From Auanema rhodensis (lineage: Eukaryota > Animalia > Nematoda), in the NCBI GenBank assembly GCA_964057225.1, contig OZ059898.1, forward strand, positions 14,322,001-14,386,000: a stretch of DNA of 64,000 bases, read 5' to 3'. Of this stretch, positions 1-12,946 are shown piece by piece. The position numbers and the translations under genes were made by a program. Position 1 is the first letter of the stretch; every line of letters starts with the position of its first letter. The notes below the pieces were generated by a model. The model was given only the letters and a program-made list of their open reading frames with translations. It searched no databases and was not told where the DNA came from.

Positions 1-895
1 CGTCTTGCTGCTGATATGTCCCATCTGGTGGCAATATTAATATTGCTCAGTAAGGTAAAAATATTCTATCTTACAAATTTCAATCGCTATACACAACTCA
101 GATGTGGAAAAGTCGTTCGGTTTCTGGTATCTCAGCCAGATCTCAAATTCTTTTTGCTGTAGTCTTCACAGCTAGATATTTGGATTTATTCACCACCTAT
201 ATTTCCGCTTACAACACTGTCATGAAGGTTAGGCTTTTAGATGGCTACTGTAACAATACTTCTTTTTAGGTTTTCTTCCTTGCTTCTTCTTATGGAACTC
301 TTTATTTGATGTTGGTTAAATTTAGAGGTAATTTATAATATCACTTCATGGTTCCGCAATATTCATGTGGCTGCAGAGACATCGTAATTCCGTTTATCTC
401 TTTTCAGGATCATACGAAAAGGAAAGTGACAATTTCCGTGTCGAATTATTGCTTGTTCCATGTGCTATCTTAGCATTGGTTATTAACCATGAATTCACAG
501 TTATGGAGATTCTATGGACTTTCAGGTCAGTTAAGATGTTGATTTTTTGATTATATTTTTTTTGTAATATTATAGTATTTACTTGGAAGCCGTAGCTATA
601 ATGCCTCAATTATTCATGCTTCAATCTACTGGATCTGCTGAAACTATCACAGCTCATTACTTGTTTGCTCTGGGATCATACCGTGGGCTTTATCTTTTCA
701 ACTGGATTTACAGGTTGAACTTTACAACATTTAAGTAAAATTAACTATTTCCTTTAAAGATACCACACTGAATCTTTCTTCGACCCAATCGCTACTGTCG
801 CCGGAATCGTTCAGACTATCCTATACGCTGATTTCTTCTATCTGTATGTCACCCGTGTCGTCCAAAAAAGAGCTGCAATGGAGCTCCCAATCTAA
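1..895 (+). CDS. erd-2: ER lumen protein-retaining (KDEL) receptor, 5'-truncated by the window edge; about 6 exons
   Basis: Joined exons read [18 protein letters not shown]|[30 protein letters not shown]...[50 protein letters not shown]...[30 protein letters not shown], all hallmark ERD2 motifs. TAA at 893-895. Confidence 0.96.
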
Positions 896-2011
896 TTTAA
901 TCCAGAAAACCTTTGTTTTATACAACACAGTCTTCATTTAAGGTACGTACATGGTTTGATCTTTGCCTTATTCATATAATATCCAATAAGCTTGGGTGTT
1001 TCCGCCCTACTTATTTTGTTTTTATCTGTGATGTCGATTTTAGACATATTAATATATGAAGTCCAAATAGCTTACTCAAGCTGTTGTTTAATAATTTATT
1101 ATTAATTACATCCTAAGTCTTGTTTTGATATCTTTTATATGGGTGGTTTTTTTTGTTCTCATCAATTATAAATAATAAACTTTTTGCATTCAGATATTTC
1201 AACTTCATATGAAACTAAATTAGATTTTTCCGATAAATCAGTTGATAGCTGGGAAATATATTCGATTGCTCGATTGGTTTTATGGTTTGGACAATGTAAA
1301 TAGAAAAGAAGCTTAGCTACTGTGATGGAGGTTAAGGCTGACATTGAAAGAAATGACAGTTCGTCCAAACAGTTCGCTTTTTCATTCGTTTCACCAAAGA
1401 ACTTCAATTTTCATCTTCCTATATTGATTTATTCCGTGCAAAATTCTGTAAAAATGCATTTTTTGCCTTATATGTCCTATATTTTTTTTTGAAAAATATG
1501 GGTTTTTAGATGTTTTTGCTTTATTAGCATTGCATATATACATATGAAGAGAGAGAGGTCAGCTCACTATCACCGCTCTCTGCTGGATAAGAGGTCATTT
1601 CATTACAAATGACAGAGCATTTAGAGTTCGAACTAACAGCTGCTCTGTCTTTGATGATCATTTAGAAAAAGAATCGAAGAAAGAAATTTTTTTTTACTAA
1701 ACTTCAGGGTCATACGCAGCAGACATAGTTCCATTCATTGAAGAGTGATACCAAAGTTGTTTTATTTTTAAACAAAACAAAATGAGTTAACTATTCGATT
1801 TATTAATCTTTTTTTATTAAAAAAAACATTCTTTATAAGAGATAGGTCATCAGCCATTTATTTGCTGTCACCGAAATTATAATACATTGCAAATCTTTTA
1901 AAGCATATAATTGTATAGAAACGAACTTTGAGATTTTAAAATCCATGGCTGAGCAGATAAGCCATCTTGGTTTCAAATGTTAAAGCTTGGCATAATCTTT
2001 CCTTATAATAA

Positions 2012-4396
2012 TTAATACATAAAAATAAGTGCAGAAACCAAAAGTGCAGATATAATTGGAGCGAAAGATGATGAGGATACTGTTGAATCCAAAATGGAAA
2101 GAACGAAACTGCGATCTATCTGGCTTGGCCTGCAATTTTATTATTTGTATAATGTTTATATATATACATATACTTTATCAATATGATACGAGATTATTAC
2201 ATACCTGTAAAGTACACGACGTCCATTTAACGGCTGAGCTGGACGGTAGTTATGAGACATTGCAATACCCTTCTTATCTTGTATCTGACGAAGACCTTTC
2301 AACTGAAAATATTCATATGCTGATAATGATTAATAGGTAAAAATTATTTTTAAATGAAAGCTTCTTGCGCACAACCTGATAAGCAACCAAAATGAGTTTA
2401 AATGAGTTTATGAGTTTGTTCCATGTGATATGCTAATTTTCACATTAGTTCACGTGAAAAAAACGTGAAGTGTATATTGAGTATTTAATTTTTTTGAATT
2501 TCTATTACCTGCTTCATAGTTATAGATACTGGCTCAGCTAAAATTGTCCAAATAACTGCCTCATTACAGGTTGGGGTAGTTAAACTTCCTTCATATCTTA
2601 AGTGAATGGTTTATAAAACAAAATAATATTTGAGTTAAACCTGTAAAATGCATCATGATTATCTGGAAGCATCGAACGAAGCTTGAATTCCGAAATTGTT
2701 TCATTGGCCTCTGAAGAATTTAAGATGAGAATGACCTGAGAATGAATGATGTACTTACCGAATCGAGCGATGTTATCAAGCGATGAAGATATGTAAGATA
2801 AAGGTTCAGAATCGTGTCCTAATGCAAAGAAAACTCCAACTACAGCTAGGCCATCAACTTGGTTAAGAGCTTCGGCCATAGTTAAATCGTGACGAACATG
2901 AACTAAATGAACCTAAATATTTAGTTTTAGTTTTGCATAATATATCAATTTAGTAAGAATATCTGATTTGCTGGTATATGACCTACCTCAGCTTGATAAC
3001 TGAGTCCAGCAATTTTGTGTTCTGAGCCCGTGTGTTCATTATGAGACCAATGAAGATGAAGTTGTACTAACTTATACTTATGCTTCAAACCACCTCCATG
3101 AATAGATGGTCGATGTTCACCCCAATTTTCAAAACCATTAACCAGCACTGGAAATATGTTCTTCAGTATTCTTATTTTTATGATATATTCTTGTGGGCAT
3201 TGATAGAAAAACAACAACAACAATAAAAAGAAACACAAGTCAACATACTTGTATGACCGTTGTTTGAGATTTCCACAGGTCCAAGGTGATCATAATGCTT
3301 AAAATGGAGGCGACTTAAAACAGCATAGTCAACATCCTTTGGTCTGATATCGATAGGACTCTGAAATTTAGAGATTTTTTATGCTTTATATGCATAAGTG
3401 GGTTCAGATATTGAGGGTTCACTTAGTATGAGATGAAAAACTGGAGTAAAGTTCTTCATTGCGCTTAAATCAAAATTTTTGCTGAAATTTTCATTAAAAA
3501 TATGCTGCAAACGCAGAAAAAATGTGCATATTTTCAAGTTTGTTTCAAATTTTCTATGGAAAACGTTTGTGTGGTTGATTGAGCTTGTGTAAGAAAAAAT
3601 GCAAAATATCTTTGGTGTGCGCCTAAAAGGAATTTGTGCATCTTTCAGATTCAAGTTTTCAGTTAGTATAGCATGTACACGTATTGTTATTCTAGACGAT
3701 TTCAGAGTCTTTTTTTTGCTTTCATTTTGAGAAGAAATACGATATAAGCTTGTATCTCTATCCAATTAGATTGTGGATGTGATCTCTGTCATAGCCGGAT
3801 AGAAAAGAGAAGAACAGAGTTGAGGAATAGCTGAATGATTGATTTGCCTTTCAACAAGATTAATCTGCCAAATCATATTCTTCTTCAAGTACATTAAAGC
3901 TCAATTAGGATGTAAGCTGAGTGGGAAAAATAGAGAAAGATATTCGATGATTCTCCATATAAGTTCCTAATGATGTTCCAAAATAGCTCATTTTCGTTTT
4001 TTTTTTCATTTCCCCCTATCAAATCATCAATAGATTCTTAGCACTTCCTTGATTATCTCTCTTTTCCATTTACATTAGAAAGTCTTTAGCTTTCATTGCG
4101 GTAAATAGAAAAGAAAAAAACCGAAAATCTCAAGGATAGTCAGCATTTCAAGCGTGAGAAATTTTACATCTTTACTAGTATTTCGACTGAGTCAACAATA
4201 CTACTTTAAAGGAGAAAAGCTCTAACCTGCCGGATACCGTTAGCACAAATAGCTCCCCAATACTCTGGGCCGTCGTGAGCTCCGTAGCCATAATCGCCAG
4301 CTAAAACTGCTCCTGAATACGGATGAGAATTAGTTGAATAGTTGTATTAGAATATGAATTACCTAGCACACATGATAATAAGATAACTGTATTCAT
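2012..4396 (-). CDS. cah-5: Alpha-class carbonic anhydrase with signal peptide and hydrophobic C-terminal tail (CAH-5-like)
   Basis: ATG at 4396 follows a TTTCAG acceptor. [39 protein letters not shown]|[13 protein letters not shown]...; Zn ligands in QLHLHW, GSEH and AEVHLVH; [18 protein letters not shown]; [13 protein letters not shown]; ends [18 protein letters not shown] (TAA at 2014-2012). Orthology to cah-5 is from recalled sequence similarity. Confidence 0.9.
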
Positions 4397-7300
4397 AATT
4401 TTCTGAAATATCTATGAAAGTGTGGGAAGTTTGTTGAAAAAGACGGAATATAAGAAAAAAACATTGAAACATTCAACTTGAAACTACCAAATTTGAAAAA
4501 GAAAAAAACAGACAATTGGATAGAAAAAAGCGTCAAACATTTTCTATTTTCAATCCTTTAATGAATGCATTTCTGATGCTTCTTCAGAAAAAAATCGGAG
4601 GGCCAGTTGTTAGTAGTGTCAGAAACATCTCAAAGCAAATCTCGTGAGCTCTTGCATGAAGTTGACAAGTTCGAGTTTGAGAGTGAAAGAAAGAAAAAAG
4701 AAGAAAATGCAATAGATGAATATGTGTCTCCACAGATGACAAGGTAACATAAGCTAAAATGAGGAATAATGTTTTTTTAAGCATTTTGATGGGAAAATGT
4801 GAAAGCTAATGCTTGATCATTTTGATTAATCTCTGCAAATTCATGTAGAAATTGGAGAAACATGGAAGGAAAGTATATCCGAGAATTCAAGAAAAAAACC
4901 TGAGAAGATGAATCAAGCAAGTAAGTAAGCTCATGGAAAAATGCCCGAAATAGTTTGAAGAAGCGCAACAGTAACTAACTAAACTGCTTCAGCTAATATG
5001 GTTGACAGACACAATGATTGAATAAAAGTAAGAAAAAGAGTTTGCTTAGTACTAAAAGTCAAAAATACGGAAAAACACATCTTGATCTTGAAAACAAAAT
5101 ATTACCCGGAAAATAAACAATGAAAACTCGAGAACATAATGATATGAAAAGTTCTTGAATTAATTATCCATGTGCGTGGTTTGCACATCACATCTTGACA
5201 AACACCTTCCTCCCACCCTCTTCTGTCTTCGTAGTCAGTCAGGTTTTTCTCTCTTAACGATATCGGTTCGAATATGAACTGCTGTGTTGCAAATTGGAAC
5301 GAATAAAAAGAGAAAAAAAATAATTTCTCATTAACATGCTTTGCAGGAATCGTCTTCTGCTCTAGCTGTATACTCTATAGTCTCTACTTCAGACGGTGTT
5401 GCAGGAAAGGGGGGGGGGGTCGTGTCTCGTTTCGCGTTCCGAATGAAACGGCATTGTCAGCGTGTCTGTAGTTGTAGTTGTGTTATGATTGGGAAATGAA
5501 CAACAAACAAGTAGCAGATTCGCGTAAACGTGATAGAGATGACACGCTTGATTATGAAGAACAACGAGAATAAGTACTAATACTACTTGTTAAACCTGAA
5601 TGAGCTGGTCCTGGCTGTTGTACGATATCTCGAATCTTCAAGTCGTTTTTGGCTTTACAGCATGAGGTCAAGTTATAAGAAATACTACAGACAAAGAGCA
5701 TTGAATCATTAAATGCTTCCATACAACAAACAAAGCATAAATGCTACAACTTGCCTGTTCATAACTTCAACGATGGATCAAAGTTATTGAGGGGAAGAAG
5801 AAGCACGAGAGAAAGAGACAGGAAGAGAGATAGAACTCTGAGACTCTGAGATGACTTGAGCTTTTAGCGTGGAAAGTAGGCGGTGCCAATAGATGAGATT
5901 TAAGTTTTGAACCAATTTCTATACCAAAGTGAAGTTTCTTTTAGAACTTATTTTTGAAATATGACAGCTTTATATAAAAGCATTAAAGCATATTATTGAT
6001 AAAAGGTTCAAATACAAAATAAAATAAATTATAAAGATATATATTTATATAGACAATAATTCATTAAAAATATATTTTATTAGGAATTATCAATGGCAAT
6101 TTGACAGCTTAAAACAGTTTCTTATCACACATTTCGTTTTAGACTTTATTTCAATCTACTCAATGCCAATCTGGAAATTATCTGAATATAGATCTTTGAT
6201 AAATACTATCTTAATTACTCTTTTGAAGTTTTGAACTTTGACTTTTTTCTTTTTTTTCCGCGAAGAAGAGAAAAGAAACAATTGTATTTCATATATATCA
6301 TATCATAGGTCATCATCATTGGTATAAATGGGTATCTTGGGGTGTGGTTAATAAGTAAACACCCTCAGGCTATTTACTGCTTTGTTTACTTTTTTTTTCT
6401 TCTGAAGTTTGGAAACACACGATAAGCACCAGCTACTTATAAACATTTCACTCACTTTTACTTCAAACAACTTCATGCATTTTCAAAACTTCAAATGCTC
6501 TGTTCCCTCCTCTGAAGCTTCATTATCAACACCATTTGAAGCTTACCACCTTGTCAAGTTAGTACAATGTATCATCATGTATATCAAATATACGAAGAAA
6601 AATCTTTTTCTTTTTTTAATTCTTCAAAAACAATAAAATCACATGTGGTTTAATCTAATCTCTTCAAAACGTTTTATATTAAGCCAGATGTTTAGGGTTG
6701 TATCTGATCGTCTTGTTGAAAGGTAAGATTGACTAGCTATGCTCGGACATCCATCAAGCCGCACCACATCGATGCAATGCTCACATATAAATTTTATTAT
6801 ATTTTCTGTTTTATTTTAATTTAAAAAATAAAATTTAAAAAAAGATTTGAAAATCATCATCTGCTTTCTTATCAATTTCATTCAAACGTTATCTATAGTT
6901 CTTAAGACAAAGATCAGGTCCCATTAACAGACTTCAACTGATTTTTTTTTGAAATAAATACGATTCTTCTTATTATAAATTTAATTATAACAATATTTTT
7001 ATTATTTTATATTTGCATTAGCCTACGTTTAAGCGCAAAAAAACATCTCTCTTTGAGCCTCAAATACTGACAATCTTCTGACGGATTTCGTCGCCGTCGC
7101 TTCAACTGATTTCCACTGATTTGACAGCGCTTTACTGCATTTGCCGTTCGCTTTCATTTATTTTGGTATACAGAAGGGATACACCTGGAATGCTTTAAAT
7201 TCAATGTTGTTTCAATGGCTCTGAATGAATCGAAGAGTTTTTATCGAAAAAGATGCTTCAGCAACATCCTTACTGTATACTATACTAGTGAAGCAATACT

Positions 7301-8046
7301 ATAACTTTCCATATATCCAGTAATCATTTTCATTTTTCAATCAATTAAGAGCTAGAGCGGTTGCATCTAGAACTTATCGTTTAGCAAAAGCTTTATTATT
7401 GCTGATATGCATTGTCTATCTCTGTCATCTCATGACACAGATATAACAAAGTCTGTGCTCTGCCAGTTGTTGCCGTAGCTGACGGATGCTTATCGAAGAA
7501 TTCACTCAAAAACCTCAAAAAGGTTATTAATGATTGAGGGTGGGAGCTTCTGTTCTTTAGCACAAAATAATAAAGCGCTGAAATGTGTGAATTGTAACAA
7601 TGTTCTTCATGTTCATGTGATGTGTCATCAATCACATACGGATTTAGCAGCATATTGTCAGAAAGTTTACAACAGAAATGTTAAAAAAAACTTTATACCT
7701 CTTAATAATATACATTTTATCACATTTCAAAACACGTATTAGTTGATATCACATATAAATATATTAATAAACACAAATCATTATAACATAACAGAGTTAT
7801 GAAATATAAAAAAGTTACTATTTCTATTTTGTGCTTATAAAATAGCTTGAGAAGTGGAAAGGACAGTCAGTCCATATGTACTTCCTCCACCAATTTCACC
7901 TAAATTAGTAAAGCTTGTTAATAGAGCCCAAATTGAGCATGTTGTGTTTGTTAGATTTTTTGAAATGTGAATTGTGACGAAAGACAGAAAACAATGGAGT
8001 CGCATGCGATAAGTTCATGTAATTAATTTAGACAATTTCTTTGAAA

Positions 8047-10787
8047 TTAGCCCGTTCTCCTTACGTTCTGACTTTCCATTGACTCACTAGCTGATTCCTT
8101 TGATGTAGTTCCATCTTCAGATATATGTATGGAAGGATCTACGGTATCAGGATGAGAATGTTCCCAAACATCATCATCGTCTTCTCCCCAAGCTGCTGTG
8201 TCGAATGCTGATTCATCTGCATCCATTTCAAACTTGCATATATTATTTGTACCTGTAGATTTAGTTTTAATTATTAACAGTATTAATAGCAAATACTAGT
8301 ACCGTCTTGTTTCTTGCTGATTTCTGCTTGTTTAGCAATCAGCTGATCTATTATAGTTCCTCTAGTTTTAATCTCAGGCTCCATATCAGCGAAGAAATCA
8401 TCTTCCTTGTTCCGTTGAGCAGCTATTTCAAATTCAGAACCTAAGTATTTGTAAAATAGCTTTGTTGAAACTGTTATCATACCGATTTTTGCATTTTGTT
8501 TGATTTGCGTTGTCTGGGAATTAGGAAGAGTAGACTTATGTGCTCCATTAACGGGATTTGAAGGAATTTTAGCCTGAGGCTCAGATGCACTATCAATGTA
8601 TTGTTCTTCATGACTATCATCTTGACAAGCTTCGTCCTTTATCGCTTCACTGGTATTTTCAGCCCAATCGTCATTCCAATCCTTATCATCATTCCAGATA
8701 TTAGATTCCTAATCCATGAATAAACATCAAAAAATAAATTTTAGATTTAAAAACCTGAGGTGATACAACTTCTTCAACAGCGCGGAACACAGGAATTGAA
8801 TTGTGTTCTGTCTGCACAAACTCTGCAGGTTTATCAGAAGCTAAAAAAATACTTATAAATCTGGTCATAAAGATTACAACACACCTTTGAACACTGCAGG
8901 CCTGGGCGGTGGAGGCAAAGGACTACCACAAGTAGATCCATGTGTTGATACATTAACCTTGAATTATAACCATAAAATGTGATTTGAAATGCCTAAAACC
9001 TTCGGAGCTCCATCAGAAAACAATTTTGTACATTTCCAGCCACATACGCGCTCTGGACCCAAAAGAGGGACCAAAACTGCCATTGCTTGAAGAGATTGAG
9101 CAACCAAATGCTCATTTATGTCGTGAGCTCCTGCTAGAATCTGCAAATAAAATTGAATTAGGATGTTTTCAAAGCATATCATACTTCATCCAGAACAAAA
9201 TCTTCTAGTTGATTAACAGGAATATACTGAGCATACTTATCGAAATGAGCTAGTAATCCGCACCTAACAGACAAATCCCTTAAATAGTCAAATTTGGAAA
9301 AGCAAGAAACATTTGATCATTTACCTTATGAGGAAAACCCGAACTATTTCAGGAATAAGATAATCTCTGAACAATTCAACAGGGAATATGCCCTCTGATG
9401 AATCTTCTTCAACTGAAAGAATAATCTAACAATATCAACAAAGATATTTCAAAAGTTACTCAGTGGAGTTAATACAACAGGATATAAATATGTATGAGAT
9501 CGTGGTTCAAGCAGAACATATCTAGAAAGGAAAAGCCGAGATAGTCTTCGAGCAACAACACGTTTTGGTAGCATGGCTAATCTATCGGATACGGATCTTA
9601 AAAAAAAACTTATGATTATAGAAGAAATGTTTTAAATTACTTGAAAAAATCGTCTTTCTCTTCCTCAGATTTCAAATGTACAGTACTTAGGAATATTTCG
9701 ATTTCAATCAAATTATTAGAGAAAGCAACTTCATCATATATATCACAAAGTGTAATTCCAGTTGTCTAACAAATAAGTTTTATCAGAATAGATAATTGTA
9801 TTCAAACCTCAGATGATGTTAATTTTTCGGCTACCTGACGTAAAGAGTTGATAACATCTTCTAAAAATAAATTACTTGAAACGAGCACAAGAGCTTTATG
9901 AGCTCACCTCCAACTTCTTCTGGTTTTAAAAACTTGGAAGAATAAGTGATCAGTTTACCAAATCCGTAGTAATCACGCCACACAGGATTTGTGTTGGAAG
10001 GCTGAAAAAAAATTAAATTATTGTTTAAGGTTTTGAAACAGAACAGACATTTTCAGCAGCAAAACTGCGAAGCCTAGCTCTTTTGTAGAATTCTGACTGG
10101 AAAGGTGCTTTCGTCTCATCTAAGGACTGAGCAAATTCAAGGCCACCTATTTTCCAATCTCCATTTGGTGTTACAAATACAGATGCAGGGGATATATTAT
10201 TGTGACATAATCTAGCCTAAAAAAGAAAAAATAAGTTCAAAACCATTTTTTAGCTTACTTTTTCATGTAGAAAAAGCAGAACTTCTCTTATCTGGGACAA
10301 TCCCGATTGAATTTCGATTGACGTGAGTGAATCAATACAGATGTCCAAAATCTAGAAATAGCACTGGGTAATCTTGATAAGATACAGTAATACTCACCAA
10401 AACACGTTCAGTTAACAACGACAACACTCCATTTACATTATTACAATCAACAAAACTTATTATATGTGGATGGCGAAGTTGCTTTAAATGCTAGAAAAAA
10501 AATCTTCAAGACTCAGCAAAATCGATGAAAAACTGACCTTAATTCCATTCTCATAATACTTTCGTTCTTCAACAAATGAACCAAAATCTTTAGTAAAAAT
10601 AGTACCTCAAATAAATAAAATAAGCATATCATGACCAATAATAAGAGTGAATACCTTTGATACTTTTTTTCTTGGTATAAGGATTTACATGGCTCCAGAG
10701 TGAATATATAGCAGACTTCTTCGAATATTCTTCTCCTACTTCTAATTCTTCAGATTTCTTTCTAATAGCGCTTTCCTGTGCTCCCAT
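8047..10787 (-). CDS. SCYL3: SCY1-like pseudokinase with HEAT-like repeats, SCYL3/PACE-1-like
   Basis: Starts MGAQESA (N-myristoylation-type motif, as in SCYL3) after a TTTCCAG acceptor. Contains HLKQLRHPHIISFV, LLTERV and HNNISPASVFVTPNGDWKIGGLEF (no catalytic HRD/DFG); ILAGAHDINEHLVAQSLQAMAVLVPLLGPERVCG; acidic tail with DDFFADMEPEI. Confidence 0.85.
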
Positions 10788-12710
10788 ACAAACTGGAAAA
10801 ATAGAAATATTAATTTTTTTATAATAAGATATCATTTTAAAAATAAGTATAAACTTAAGTCAAAATTAAATAAAAGACATTTTTAGAGACATTCGCGACG
10901 CGCAATGTACGTAATACGTATTAACGTGTTTAAGGAATATTGGCCATGTTTGAAAGTGGTTCAAATTAGGAAAATCGTTCGAAATATTGCTATTTTACTC
11001 TATTTCATCTCGAACGAGGTATAATATCAGAGATAGTTAATACAAATTATTTAGTTTTACGTTACATCAATAGTGACATGCCAATTTTGTTTGTTAAGTT
11101 GTTGTATTGTGTTCTTGTATATGGGAACAGAATCATACAAAGTTGGACTGATTACTGTCAATCACCATGAGAAAAACAGTTTTCTCTCGTTTTTTTCTTC
11201 TCTTTGCTGTTTTATACTTGAACTTTGGTATAAAAAGTGGTTGCTTCATGATCAGAACGATGAAGCTGTTCGAAGATCGGGAAAAAAAATATTTTTATGG
11301 ATAATCTAATACATTTACTTTCTTAATTTTTATTGTGATCAGATAATTTCATCGAAATAATTGCAAATTATTTTACCATTTTCTTTCTTTATTTAAAGAA
11401 AAAGTTGTTACTAGGTATGCTTTCTTAAAGGGAAAAAATCGGAAATTGTAGACAAAACATTTGACGGAAAAAAGGTTCTGACGTATGTCCAAGACACCAT
11501 ATATGATGAAAAGAGAATTGTTTGTGATGGAATGACACGATTGTTGATCTGAAGAGAAAACTCTACGACTGCCCGTAGAAGCTCTTGCCTCAAAAGGTAA
11601 CTTGACATGTGATTCAGGTTTCGCCCTGTTCGAAACATAACGTGGCAACTATCGGAGTCATAAACGAAGCTTTTGCTTTCGTCATTCAAACTTGTTAAAG
11701 AGAATTAAACTTTTCATTCTTCAACTAACAAAACTCTGTTGGAATAAGAATCTACATGGTCCTTAACAATTTGCAAATTATATATATTACCCGTATTTCA
11801 TCTAGTCTAAGAAAAAAATTCGTGTGGAGCATCTGCTTCTTTTGGAGGCCAGTTGAGAGTTTGATCCGACATGTCAACGTGTTTCCGATATTGGCAGCTC
11901 TTTAGCTTTCGATATGCTCTCAAGTGCTCCTTTGCCGTATTTGACGCTAGATTATCCGACTATGAGCATCAGTTAACATTGGATTCAGAATATTGTTGGA
12001 TGGGGTCAGCTGGACATAAGGAGTCACTACACATAACTATCACAAGCTATCGTATGCCAGATTTTGGTACTTCAGAATTCTTATAAGATGTTATATTCAG
12101 ATTTTTATGGTATATAAGGTTTCCATCCACATAACTATATTGCTATATATGCATGTATGCACGTATTTTCTTCATATCTATGTACTAAAGCATTAGTAGC
12201 ATTACAGTATCCTCGATAGCCAAGAAAACTTTAGTTTTTTCAAAATAATTTATTAAAGAAATTACAAAATAGATATGGTTAACTGTATATATATACTAAT
12301 TTCTTTATTATTTTATATAATAAAGAATATAAATTGCTTAAATACAACCGCTTCACATCTATAATTTTTAAAAAATGAAAATAAAAGAAAATTATGAAAT
12401 GAAAAACGTTCTCTCTTCTTTCTAAAACTTTAAAAAATGAAAGTTTTTATATAATTATTCGTATCTTTCAAAATAAAATAAAAAGATGAAAAAGAATATT
12501 TCAATATACATATATCAATCAACCTATACTGTACAAGATGACATGTTTGGAGGTTCATGCTATTACTATACTACTTTATAAACGCTGAAGATTCTCATAC
12601 TATCAGAAACACAAATAACATTCTTCAAGAATTGCACTGATCACAGCTTTTGGTGGTATATATATGCAACATAAGGCATGCTCCATGCTTCATGCCATTC
12701 AGTCTATGAG

Positions 12711-12720
12711 GGGGCGGAGC
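12711..12720 (+). promoter_or_regulatory. GC box (Sp/KLF site) upstream of lim-6
   Basis: GGGGCGGAGC matches the Sp1 consensus, in a GC-enriched patch about 230 bp upstream of the putative ATG. Confidence 0.35.
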
Positions 12721-12946
12721 CGATTGAGGATGTGCTGCCTCCTCCTCTTGTCTAGCTCCAGCCCACCCTCCGGCACCTACAGCCTAGTATTGCTTGCCGT
12801 TGGAGCAGATAGATAAGCCACCGTAATCCATTGCCTTATATTCATCTTCAGCTGAATATCTTCAAGTTTTTTCACAACAAAGTTTCATTATTTCATTGAT
12901 CTCAACGAGCCTGTCAAGCTTACACCTGACAGATCATATCAATTCA

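Noticed and set aside
328-408. Slightly long erd-2 intron with a small hairpin and an ACA triplet (possible snoRNA)
   Set aside because: About 80 nt is too short for a two-hairpin H/ACA RNA, the stem is only about 5 bp, and there are no C/D boxes.
1162-1407. 81-aa minus-strand ORF between erd-2 and cah-5
   Set aside because: Non-ATG start; the upstream acceptors I tested lead into in-frame stops; no recognisable domain.
11373-12086. Overlapping short ORFs upstream of lim-6
   Set aside because: No motif or consistent splice structure; more likely regulatory intergenic DNA.
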